Positions 37,899 to 47,511 of a stretch of 64,000 bases of DNA are shown here, piece after piece. The position numbers were made by a program, and so were the translations under genes. The number at the start of each line of letters is the position of its first letter. The first letter of the stretch is position 1. The stretch spans positions 64,001-128,000 of the forward strand of contig CAWBWI010000002.1 of assembly GCA_963792585.1 (NCBI GenBank). The letters run 5' to 3'. The stretch comes from Candidatus Eiseniibacteriota bacterium (GTDB taxonomy: Bacteria; Eisenbacteria; RBG-16-71-46; CAIMUX01; VGJL01). The notes under the pieces were generated by a model. It did no database searches and was not told the origin of the DNA. It saw only the letters and a list, made by a program, of their open reading frames with translations.

Positions 37899-38538
37899 CT
37901 AGTTACGCCGAGTTGACTCGATCACCGAGAGGCTCTCCACCCCTCCTGCGACCTCGTCAGCGCGGATTGTGAACAGCCGTCCATTGATAGCCACCGCGAT
38001 GGCCTTCTGGCCTGCGGTGACGAGAAGCCGATCAGGAGAGGTCAGGATCGCTGCGTGCTCGCCATCGGTCGGAGGGTTGGGTAAGTACGACAGGACGACC
38101 TTGACGGGCTCGGGGCCGGTCGACCGGCCCTCGTCTACCCACCTCCCAGATCCGGGAATCGCAGTCACTCCGCCTGCGATTTCGAGGAGCGAGGTTTCGA
38201 GCGCGGCCGCACCGAGATCGGCAGGAAGTCGGTGACCGCTGCGGTCGTTCACAGGTGCAAAGACAACCAACTGGCGTGCGTTCTTCAGCGCATTCGCCAG
38301 CCCGGCCCGGTCGGTTCTGGGATCGGGCAAGTCCTCGCATCCACCGACGACAGCTAGCCCGCCGATTGAGAGGCCGAAGGTGCGCGGCACCAGCTTCGTT
38401 ACCTTCCTTGTGGGTAATCTGTCCGCCCGTTCGGCTTGTGGGGTCTGAGCCTCGCGGACATGGCCGATTTGGATCGACTTCGACCTCGCGATCGCGACGT
38501 ACGACGGCATCACGCAGCCGCCGCAGGTTCTCGTTCAT
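37899..38538 (-). CDS. 55-aa leader (..VEVDPNG..KVTKLVPRTFG) fused to PII/DUF3574-like domain; +1 indel near 38466
   Basis: Strong RBS AAGGAGGT before ATG 38538; removing one base joins 'MNENLRRLRDAVVRRDREVEVDPN' to 'GHVREAQ..'; C-terminal 'P..D.SG..GGVT..G.W..Q.AI'. Confidence 0.65.
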
Positions 38539-39134
38539 CGAACACCTCCTTTGAGTGTGTGGACCTGCGTCATCCCAATGTCACCGTGAATGGCGTCTCG
38601 TATACACCAGCCACGGCATCGTACGTTAAGAAACACATCGTGCTTCCATTTCGTGAGCCGTAGTTGTTCGCCACCTGAAAAACGCAGCCACGTGTAGTAA
38701 ATGCGATAGCGATGAGTATGAAGCGCCTGCCGTTCGGCTGGCGTCATTGCTCCAGGCCGAAGCTTGGCTGTCTTCTCTATGGCCACGCGCAGTCGAGGCG
38801 GCTCGATCGATTCGATGAAGCGCGCAAGCTCCGCTTCCGCCAAGGCATCCCAGGGAGTACGGTCGTCCTTTGCAGTCGGGTATGTGAGTGCTGTCGACCT
38901 GCTGTCTGATGCGAGAACGTGCTGGCGTTGGTATAGGGTCTCGCGGCGACAGACATTGAACATGCGCAGTTTCGCGATTCGCACGCTGCGCCCTTCGATC
39001 AGGGCGGCGATCAGTGCCGCACTGAGGCACTCGTCGGCCAGGTGGGAATCGCGGCCCGCAATCCGGCGCGCATAGCAGCGCAGGATCTGAACGATCTGGT
39101 CCTGGGTCAGCGGCCGAGGCGTGGATTTCGGCAC
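38535..39134 (-). CDS. Divergent ECF sigma factor-like protein
   Basis: 'LRCYARRIAGRDSHLADECL' resembles ECF region 2; RBS GGAGGG; stop overlaps next ATG. Confidence 0.45.
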   Translation of the reverse strand: MPKSTPRPLTQDQIVQILRCYARRIAGRDSHLADECLSAALIAALIEGRSVRIAKLRMFNVCRRETLYQRQHVLASDSRSTALTYPTAKDDRTPWDALAEAELARFIESIEPPRLRVAIEKTAKLRPGAMTPAERQALHTHRYRIYYTWLRFSGGEQLRLTKWKHDVFLNVRCRGWCIRDAIHGDIGMTQVHTLKGGVR

Positions 39135-39917
39135 GGATTGTCCCTCCGACGGCCTTCGGAGGGCGCCCAGTTATCCACAGGGTCGTCCCTTGCAAGATTC
39201 TGCCAGCCGTGCTATCGTGCCCGGCAGATAATCGAGGGGTTCTTACCTACGGCAACGTGGGGCGCCTCCGAAAAGCTGGTTTGCGAACGGCGTCCTTCTG
39301 GGATTGTTCGCAGGCCTGAGTCCAAAGCGTCGAGCCTCTAGATCCAGGCGGCAGTAGGTGAACACTACTCGCCGCCTTTTTCCTTTTGGCCAGCGCGGTT
39401 CTTGTTCTTCGAAAGAGACGTGAGAAACTCTGTCAGGTCGGCATATCGATCCTCCTTCAAAACGCCTCCGCCTTGCCGAGGGCGTGATTGCATCAAAAGT
39501 TCGCCTGTGATCGCCTTTACGATCCAATGTCCGTGCTCGCTCAACGCACGAAGCTCCGTCAGAGTCGCGGCCCGGAGAGCAGCGGCCCCATTTGCAGGAA
39601 CGCGAACCAAGATCTCTGCCGGCGACGTGGTGCCGTCGACGCGAATCCGAGGCTTGTCGGGCCGCTCGCGCCACAGAGACGAAAGCGTGGGACAAACACT
39701 CGGCGCTGGCGGCGTTATCTGTTGTCCTGCATCCGTTTCTCCCTCTGATCGTGTCGCCGTCCCGAACCAACCCGAGATTCGCGAGGCTCGGCTGCTTCTT
39801 GCGCCCGCTCTTGTCGACCCTGCATCCGGGCGGGGGACCCGCTATAATGTCTCGATAGTCCACGCCCTGAGGTGCGATTGTCGCCGAGGCACGACGTGAC
39901 AAGGTGTGACAAGATCA

Positions 39918-41522
39918 ATGCGCTCGAAAACACAGGTAGCCGACTGGAGTGGTCCCAGCGCCCTCGGCGAGATGCTTCATCGCCTCCGTCCCCAAGCCCG
40001 CTCTATCCTGGCCGTCCTCACGGCCGCCGCGAGATGGCCGGAGAGATACCCCGCGGGACTTGTTCCCATAAGAGAGCTATCCGAAAGCTCGCGCTTCATC
40101 ACCGACAACCCAACCAGTATTCGCCAGGCCGTTCATCGAGCCCGCCAACAATTCCGCGTCCTCCCCGGCGTTTCCACGACCGTGCAGGAGCGCATGCACC
40201 TGCGTTTCGAGACACCTCCGGACCAACACCTCGTGGATTGGTTGCATGAATCCGGTTGGCGGGATCTTCGACCGGAATTTTGGCGGGAGTTCCTGCGATC
40301 TGCTCCTGCCCCTGATTCTCCAAGTGATGCGATGCAAACGCTGGATGCAATCGTTGCGCGTCGCCTTGTTCTCCAAGGCGACTGCGCTGGAGCGCTGTCG
40401 CTGACCACGGCGGCGCTCCGACGTGAAACCGATCCGTATCACCGCGCGGGTCTAATTCTCGTTCGCGTTCTGGCCCTCAACGAGCGCGGATTAGCCAGTG
40501 ACTGGATCGCTGCCGAAAGGTTGCTTCGTGAGGCCTCCCGACTCGCGCGTTCGGGTTTGACGACGCGTGATCGTGTCGTTCTTTGCCGAGTGTGGGTTGA
40601 GCTGGCCTACACGCACCTGCTGGCCCTCGGTCGGGAACCTGCGAGTGCCACAGCCACTCTCCGGCATTTAGAGTCCGCAAGTGCCTGGCTGGATCGTTCT
40701 CGGCCCCTGGAGCCGGCTCTGGAGTCCTTGGACCGCGCCCGAATCCTTGAGGTCGGGGGCCTGCTCCGTGCATGGGAGGCGCGAAGCCCCACCGGGTCGA
40801 TACGGGACAAGCCTTACGACGAAGCTGAGGGCGACCTCCTGCGATCCCTTTCCCTTTACCGGGCTACCGGTGACGGCAACGGCGTACGAAACGTGATGTT
40901 CCAGCTGGGGGAGCTCTGCTATGACCGATCCCGCCTCCATCGCCTGCCTGCCTCCGAGGAGCCCATCGCTGAAGCGTTTACCTGGTACTATGCCAGCCTG
41001 CAATTGAGCACTCGCCTCGGTCTATCTGAAGGGTCGGCTTTGGTCCGAGCCCGCCTTGCTGAGCTTCTAGGTATCCTCGCGGAGATTCGATTCCGACTGA
41101 GTGCCTTCTCCCCCCATGCTGAGCGGGTTCGGATGACGCAGCTCGGACAGCTTAGGAGCTACGCAGCCCTCCCGCAGAAGCAGGCCCTCCAGGAGATGGA
41201 CGACTTCCTCAAGCCTCTGTGCGAACATGCGCATCTGCTCGAGAGCCTTCGACTGGCGTGGCGAGCCGACACCGTCCTGGCCGGAGTTGTCGGGAAAAAC
41301 CCAACGGAGTACCGCATCATCAAGGAAATCATGAACCGCCTTGCTCAGTTCGCCCGGTCCGCGGGCATCCTCCAGATCCGGGACGCTGCGACGCTCAAGC
41401 AACAGCACAGTGTATTCCTCCTGATGATTGGCGCGAAGAAGGAAGGGCTGTTGGACGTTGCCCTGCCCCCCGGCTGTCCGGATATTGGCCCCAACAAGAA
41501 AAGAGGCACCTACGATCTGTAG
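39918..41522 (+). CDS. Putative transcriptional regulator: winged-HTH plus TPR-like repeats
   Basis: 'SILAVL..GLVPIREL..SIRQAVHRARQQF' resembles OmpR/SARP wHTH; 'YDEAEGDLLRSLSLYRATGD..FQLGEL' TPR-like. Confidence 0.5.
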   Translation: MRSKTQVADWSGPSALGEMLHRLRPQARSILAVLTAAARWPERYPAGLVPIRELSESSRFITDNPTSIRQAVHRARQQFRVLPGVSTTVQERMHLRFETPPDQHLVDWLHESGWRDLRPEFWREFLRSAPAPDSPSDAMQTLDAIVARRLVLQGDCAGALSLTTAALRRETDPYHRAGLILVRVLALNERGLASDWIAAERLLREASRLARSGLTTRDRVVLCRVWVELAYTHLLALGREPASATATLRHLESASAWLDRSRPLEPALESLDRARILEVGGLLRAWEARSPTGSIRDKPYDEAEGDLLRSLSLYRATGDGNGVRNVMFQLGELCYDRSRLHRLPASEEPIAEAFTWYYASLQLSTRLGLSEGSALVRARLAELLGILAEIRFRLSAFSPHAERVRMTQLGQLRSYAALPQKQALQEMDDFLKPLCEHAHLLESLRLAWRADTVLAGVVGKNPTEYRIIKEIMNRLAQFARSAGILQIRDAATLKQQHSVFLLMIGAKKEGLLDVALPPGCPDIGPNKKRGTYDL

Positions 41523-42773
41523 GGCCTCGCCGCGCAATGATCAGCGACCGCTCGCAGCGTGGAGTGCTACGAAGAGCCCAGCTGCGAGTGCGGCCAATTT
41601 CCGAGCCTGATCCGAACGGGGTCCTGCGGGGAAGGACATTGTGTAGAGCGACTCGGGAACGCCTTCGCCGCGTACTCGGATAAGATAGCCGCCACTCTGC
41701 TTTGCAAACCGTCGGCATGCTCTTGCAAGCTCCGCCGGGTTCTGGAGCAACTCCAGGTAGTAGCGAAGGTCACCTGTCGGTGCCGCAGGAAGCCCGATCC
41801 AACCGCGAACAATAAAGGCTTCATCGCATCTCATGTGAACATGACATCGACCTTGAGGGTGGCGTCTAGCTCGCATAGGATCTCCGTTCTGGGGGCGTGT
41901 CCATTGACATGACTTCACCTCCTGGGCATCTCAGGCTGTACAAGTGCGGCCTGAGGTAGCAAGAGATGACAACGCCAGAACGGCACCTTGCGGCGCCAAG
42001 TGCGAAGCCCTGCAATATACCATATTGCTTGCCGCATGTCAAACATACTCAGTTGTCACGCGGCAAGGTCACGCACAGCTTGTGGATCATGAGATGAGAC
42101 TGCGCGCATGCCGGCAAAGTACGGAAGCACAGTGGTCGCGTGCATGCGTGCTCCGAAACTGCGGACGGGCAACCAACACCTCCTTGTACTTACTTGTGCT
42201 CCGCCGGAGAGTCCATCTGGACCCGCGGGCTCCGGACTTGCCGATCTCGATGAAGGCGTTGAGGAGAGAACCAAGCGTCCTGGACGAGGTTGGCAATGGA
42301 CGGCCTCGTCCGTGCTTCTTGATCACCGTTGGTTCTGGCCCGGGAGGACGCTCCATCAGGCTGGCGCAACGGAGGGCGGCCCTCGGCCACAATGTCGACT
42401 CGCCTCCGAGGACCTCTTCTGCCGGCGGGGCACAACGACAACATCATCCGTGCCCCGTGCCCGACTCGAACGCGGGGCGTCGGGCTTGCGGTCCCGATGC
42501 CATCAACCTGCGGGGTGTTGGCCCCGCGGACGAGCGGCACCTACTTGATCTTGCACCGGGCGATGCAGCTGGCCGCCACGCCATCGATTTGCGAAAATCC
42601 ACCGGCCACCACCAGCTCATCGCCGTAGACGATGACGTCACGAATCGGGGTCGTAGGCATCCGATGTGTTGTCGTCGGTTCGGCCGAGGGGCGCGGTGCG
42701 TCCATCCTCCTCCACCACCGCGATGGCCCCGCCCAGCTCCGGGGAGAGGATCGCGTCTGCTACGTAGAGCCGA

Positions 42774-43277
42774 TCATCGCAGATCCGAGGCAGGCGAAAC
42801 GTGCGCGAGCCGCACGCGGGTTCCCGGGCAGAAATCCTCGGTGCTGAGATAGACTCCGACATCGCGCTGGGTAGACCGTTGCGATCGTTCGAGCAGGGTG
42901 ACGCAGCAGTGCTTGATCTTGTACCCGCTCCCGCATAGGCATCGGGCATTGACTCCGACCCGTCGACCATCAAGCCATCGCAAGGACATGTCACACATGC
43001 TAATGCCGCCCAGCCCCAGACGGAAGCCGTGGAATGGAAGTTGCTGAACAGAAGCCGATCCTTGGTTCGGGATGGCCTCGTGAATCCGAGCGTAGCGGCG
43101 GATCTGGTCGCACACCTTACGCACCAACGATGTGTTCGGGGGTCTCAGCTCGAGCAACTGATGGTTGTGTTTCGGCGCGGGTGAGTAGTCCCGGACACGG
43201 ACCACGACGAATCGGTCACAGATGTCCGGGAGGACTTTGGGCCGCCAACAATTCCAAGTATGAGAGTCAGATGGCAT
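42774..43277 (-). pseudogene. Decayed ORF with SEC-C motif
   Basis: 'VGVNARCLCGSGYKIKHCC' matches SEC-C; no clean start. Confidence 0.45.
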
Positions 43278-43558
43278 TCAGGGCGATGGATTGTGTCCCA
43301 GCTCCACGCGCACGTGGGGCCGGACCCAGGCCCGATTGCGATACCCGGTGCGGCGCAGCCTTCAAATCCCCTTGGGGAAGTTTTCTTGCTTCCTCTCGCA
43401 CGCGGCGTAAGACTCAGCCGGCATTGGTCTTCCCGAAGGGCGTCGTTGCCAACGAGCCTTGAATCAGGACCAGCGAGTTTGGCGACGTCCAACGCCCGAG
43501 GCCGTCGTTGAGGTAAGTCCCGAGTGGCGAGAAGCCGACCGGAAGGAAAGTCCTCTCA

Positions 43559-44308
43559 ATGATGTCCACCGAGCTGCAAGCAGCCCTACGAACATCCCCT
43601 GACTCCGTCCATTTCCGCCGGAGCACCGACACTGGTCTGGGCGGTTCCGATGGAAGATTATCGGAGACCGTGGCGCGGTTGGATCGACGAGTGGCTCACC
43701 TTGAGGCCAGGGGTCTAGTGCCGGGGTTCGGCAGTTCAGCCTGGGCCACGCAGATAGGGTTGCCAGTCGGCATGTTTCTGCTCGGATTCGGCGCGAGCCA
43801 ATTCCAGAGATTCCTGGACCGTCGGCGCCGTCGTCGGAGCCTGCTTGCCGTGTTCGCTCCTGAGATTCAACAGAACTTCCGCCTGCTCACCTCATTGCGG
43901 GCGGAGGACAAAGTCCTCACCCCGGATGTCGTGGCACATACGCTCCCGTTCCTCGCCGATCAATTGCAGGCACGGTTCTATCGCCACTACATTGGAAGAC
44001 TTACGACCTTGTCCCCAGCGGACGCCGGGCGAGTTCGCTGGGCCTACGAGACTCTTTTGCGCTTCAAATCGGAAGCGTCCAGCATTCTGAATCTGGTGGA
44101 GCCTGAGGCCATCATGAGCAATGGAAGATCTCGCCTTGAGTACCAGTGCCACACTGCGATCGGAGTTCTCGACGGCGCGATTCGGGCGCATCAAGATGCC
44201 CTGGAAAAGACTCTGGGACTTTCCGCTTTTGTCAGGGAGCAGGAGCCCGATCGCGGCTCGACGATACGCCAGTTCCTCCACAGCATCGCTCCGCGCAAAG
44301 GTCGTTGA
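43559..44308 (+). CDS. Hypothetical single-TM protein
   Basis: TM segment followed by 'RRRRRRSLL..EIQQN'; long ORF. Confidence 0.55.
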   Translation: MMSTELQAALRTSPDSVHFRRSTDTGLGGSDGRLSETVARLDRRVAHLEARGLVPGFGSSAWATQIGLPVGMFLLGFGASQFQRFLDRRRRRRSLLAVFAPEIQQNFRLLTSLRAEDKVLTPDVVAHTLPFLADQLQARFYRHYIGRLTTLSPADAGRVRWAYETLLRFKSEASSILNLVEPEAIMSNGRSRLEYQCHTAIGVLDGAIRAHQDALEKTLGLSAFVREQEPDRGSTIRQFLHSIAPRKGR

Positions 44309-44376
44309 CCGAAATCCGTCAAGCTGCTCACTGGGTTCCAGCGACTCGCTGCAGGGCGCGTGTTCCAGGTCCATCC

Positions 44377-46155
44377 CTACGGCAATTGACCGTTTGGGGG
44401 CGCAACCGTCATGATGTCCGTGCACTTCGAGAGATCCCCGACGTTAGCCCAGGTTGTTCCCCCGTCCGTGGAAGTGAAAACCCCGTCGGTACCCACGGCG
44501 TAGATCTGCCCGGTCGTCGGATCGATATCCAGGTCCGCCAGTGCCCCGGCCGGGACCGTCCATCCCGACCAGGTCCGGCCGCCGTCTGTGGAACGATCCG
44601 AACCGATGTAGACGATGTCGGAGTCTCGGGGATCAAAGAGGATAGAACGCCACTCGGCGGCAGGAGAGACCTTGGACCAGGACGCCATGGCGTCCTCACT
44701 CATGTAGATCCCTTGATTCGTGCAGGCAAGGGACCGCTCATGGTGCTGGGGATCCACGGCGACCGTATGGATGTCGACCAGGGTTTGTCCGTCGGTGACA
44801 CCGATGGTCAGGGGCGCCCAGCTGGAGCCGCTGTCCGTGCTGACAAAGAGTCCGTTCTTCTCCGTTCCTTGATCAAGGTCTTCCATGCCGACGTAGAGCC
44901 TGCTTGAATCGTCAGGGTCCATAAGGATCGCGTGCACCGCCGAATGTTCCTCGGGATGGAGGGGCATGGCCGGCAGGCCTTGGGAGATGTCCGCCCAGGA
45001 GAGTCCTGCGTCCGTCGAGCGATAGACGCCTCCGGCCTGGCCGAGGCAGTCGTTGCATTCAGACTGCCGGCAGTGCCCCTTGGTTCCAACGACGAGCAGC
45101 CCCGGCACGGCCGGACTGACGGAGATCGACTGAATGCCAGTGCAAGCAAGCAGTGTCGGGCTGCTCACGAGTTGCCAGTTCCGGCCCCGGTCATCACTCC
45201 GGTAGATCCGCGTAAGTCCCTGCCCCGTCCAACCGGGAACGCCTGAGCAGGCGTAGGCGGCACTCGGATCGGTGGGGTCGCCCGCGAGCAACCCGATTTG
45301 GCTCCGAGAGTCTGAGAGCGTCGCCCGGTTCCAAGTGAGCCGGGCGTCGCTCGAGTACCAGATGCCCGTCTCCTTGGTCGCCACCAGAACCTGTGCGCCA
45401 GCCAAACGCGTCTCTCCAATCGCGGTATTTGAAGCGATCGACCAGTTGCCCGCCTGGTCGACGCTCTGGAGGCGAAAGGCGTAGGTGGTTCCGGACAGAA
45501 GGCCCGCCACCTGCATCGTTTGGGTCGTCCCGGCTGCCGACGCCGACGGTTCTCCAGCCGCCTGAGCGAGCGAATCCCAAGCGGCGCTGGGGGCCGTCCC
45601 ATATCGCAGATCGTAGCCACTTGCCTGGCCCGACGGGCCGCGGTCATGCGGCGCGGTCCACGCCAGCGTGATCGAGCTGGGACCGGCAATCGCGACCCGA
45701 AGATCGGAAATGGGATCGGGCGCCTCGGTGTCGCCTCCCGCGGAGCGGAAGAACCACTCCGTCTCATCGTAGTCTGCCCGGGACGGGTCGACGAAATCGC
45801 AGTGGGTGTCCAGGCGCAACCGACCGTCTGACTCGACGATCGCGGCTTGGGTCTTTAGGGCATAACCTTGGTCCCAAATCAGGGAGAGCTGACCGTCGTC
45901 CGCGTCTTCCCCCGAAACCTCGATCTCGCCCCAATCGCAATCCTCCGGATGGCAGCCTCCCCACATATGAACTGATAGGCCTGCATCCACTTTCCGAATC
46001 CACGCTCGGGTAATGCCGCCGGCATTGGCGCTCTCGTTGCGCCAATCAGCAACGAATTGCGTTCTCGCATCCGGCTTCGTCGATGCGCCGTCGCCACAAC
46101 CGGCGGCGCTCACTCCAAGGACTAAACCCAACAACCAAAGATCTCGAGTATTCAT
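44377..46155 (-). CDS. Lipoprotein with fibronectin type III and BNR/Asp-box beta-propeller domains
   Basis: Lipobox 'SAAGC'; 'LAWTAP..YDLRY..SN'; repeated 'S.D.G.(T/S)W'. Confidence 0.85.
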   Translation of the reverse strand: MNTRDLWLLGLVLGVSAAGCGDGASTKPDARTQFVADWRNESANAGGITRAWIRKVDAGLSVHMWGGCHPEDCDWGEIEVSGEDADDGQLSLIWDQGYALKTQAAIVESDGRLRLDTHCDFVDPSRADYDETEWFFRSAGGDTEAPDPISDLRVAIAGPSSITLAWTAPHDRGPSGQASGYDLRYGTAPSAAWDSLAQAAGEPSASAAGTTQTMQVAGLLSGTTYAFRLQSVDQAGNWSIASNTAIGETRLAGAQVLVATKETGIWYSSDARLTWNRATLSDSRSQIGLLAGDPTDPSAAYACSGVPGWTGQGLTRIYRSDDRGRNWQLVSSPTLLACTGIQSISVSPAVPGLLVVGTKGHCRQSECNDCLGQAGGVYRSTDAGLSWADISQGLPAMPLHPEEHSAVHAILMDPDDSSRLYVGMEDLDQGTEKNGLFVSTDSGSSWAPLTIGVTDGQTLVDIHTVAVDPQHHERSLACTNQGIYMSEDAMASWSKVSPAAEWRSILFDPRDSDIVYIGSDRSTDGGRTWSGWTVPAGALADLDIDPTTGQIYAVGTDGVFTSTDGGTTWANVGDLSKCTDIMTVAPPNGQLP

Positions 46156-46170
46156 GGCACGACCCCCTCT

Positions 46171-46812
46171 TCATGATTCGGAACGGCTGTCTTGGGTCGG
46201 AGAACCAGGCTGGACGATCCAGGGACTTGCCTCGAGCTGCCGGAAGAGCGCAGTTCGGTGCTGATCCGTAATCCGGGCGTAGATCGACGTGGACCGAATG
46301 GACTGATGCCCCAGGTGATCCTGGACGAACTCCAAGGACACCCCGGCATCAAGCAGATGTGTGGCAATCGAGTGGCGGAGCGAGTGCGCCGTGGCCGTGC
46401 GGGGAAGACCGGCGGCATCCCGATACCGTGAGAACAACGACTGGATCTGCCGCTTCCGGAGCGGACCACCATTCCCCGGGAAGAGCGGGCCGGCCGGTCC
46501 CGCGCCGTTCAGGCTTCGGACATGGATCGAGAGGATCCCCCGCGCCGACGAGAACAGCGGCCGCTCGGCCCATGCGCCGCCCTTGAGGCGCTTGACCACG
46601 ATGCGCCCGCGCTCAAGGTCGATGTCGCCGCGGGTGAGGAGGCCGACCTCGGAGACGCGCAGGCCGTAGAGGTAGACGAGTGTGAAGAGAGTTCGGTCGC
46701 GGGGATCCGCGATCACACCGAAGAACGCGCGGGTTTCCTCCTGCGTGAGGTAGCGGGGCAAGCGTTGGATCGGAGCATTGAAGGTGGGCATGGGGAGGGG
46801 ATGAAGGGGCAC
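46171..46812 (-). CDS. FimB/FimE-like tyrosine recombinase (catalytic domain only)
   Basis: ~210 aa; 'RYLT..E', 'GLRVSE', 'RLKGG', 'HSLRH', 'LGH..ST.IY'. Confidence 0.88.
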   Translation of the reverse strand: MPLHPLPMPTFNAPIQRLPRYLTQEETRAFFGVIADPRDRTLFTLVYLYGLRVSEVGLLTRGDIDLERGRIVVKRLKGGAWAERPLFSSARGILSIHVRSLNGAGPAGPLFPGNGGPLRKRQIQSLFSRYRDAAGLPRTATAHSLRHSIATHLLDAGVSLEFVQDHLGHQSIRSTSIYARITDQHRTALFRQLEASPWIVQPGSPTQDSRSES

Positions 46813-46816
46813 GGGG

Positions 46817-47019
46817 CTGCACCTTTTGGCGAAAGGGCGCGGTGCATTGGTAATCGCCTGAATCTAAAGGGGTTTGCGCGTGTCGAAGACCGACGGTATT
46901 CTATCTGTCGGGAACTGCTTGCGGATCACGGCAGTCCGCGAAGGCGCGTGTCTATTGGAGTCTAGAATGGCTGAGGCGAAGGATGGGGATGAACTGCACA
47001 GAATCGCCAAAGGATGCAG
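46817..47019. repeat. 16-bp inverted repeats (14/16) bracketing a 203-bp segment
   Basis: ctgcaccttttggcga (46817-46832) versus reverse complement of tcgccaaaggatgcag (47004-47019). Confidence 0.55.
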
Positions 47020-47511
47020 TCTCAATCCTTTGGGAGGATACCTCCCGGCTGCCGCTGCTGTCAACGACTCGACATGAGTTGTGGCTGCGGAACCTTAGGC
47101 AGGGCGCTGCATTGTTCTCACCCCGACCAAGTCCGCGGTCCCGCAGCGCGAGCGGTCTTTAGACCATCTCGCATCCCGCAATTACTTGCAGTATCGGCAG
47201 ATGGGCTTGACAGCGCGCTAACAGTGATAGAGCCTTGCCACGGCAATCGAAGACTTGGCGGGGAGAGTCGTCTATGTCAGTCAAAGAGCAGCGAAGAGAC
47301 CGCGCACCGGGGATCTGGGCCCGTCATGATCCGGCGCTGCCGCGACTACGGCCGCTCGGCGGATCGCGCGATCATCGAGGTGAACGTAGGCGCGCTGCGC
47401 GGAGCTTCCGTTGAGCCGCCGATCTATGCCGCCTGCGGCACCGACGCAAGCCGGGACGACTCTTCGGGTGCGGCGGCGGGGAAGTGAGCCAAGCAGACCG
47501 GTGAACGCATC

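Noticed and set aside
38455..38480. Programmed frameshift in the leader gene
   Set aside because: No slippery sequence, and similar indels occur throughout the element
35799..38538. CBASS, Pycsar or Bil assignment
   Set aside because: No nucleotidyltransferase, cyclase or beta-grasp Ubl recognisable nearby
39900..47000. Integron with cassette array
   Set aside because: Recombinase is too short and lacks the IntI insertion; no repeated attC sites; ORFs in mixed orientation
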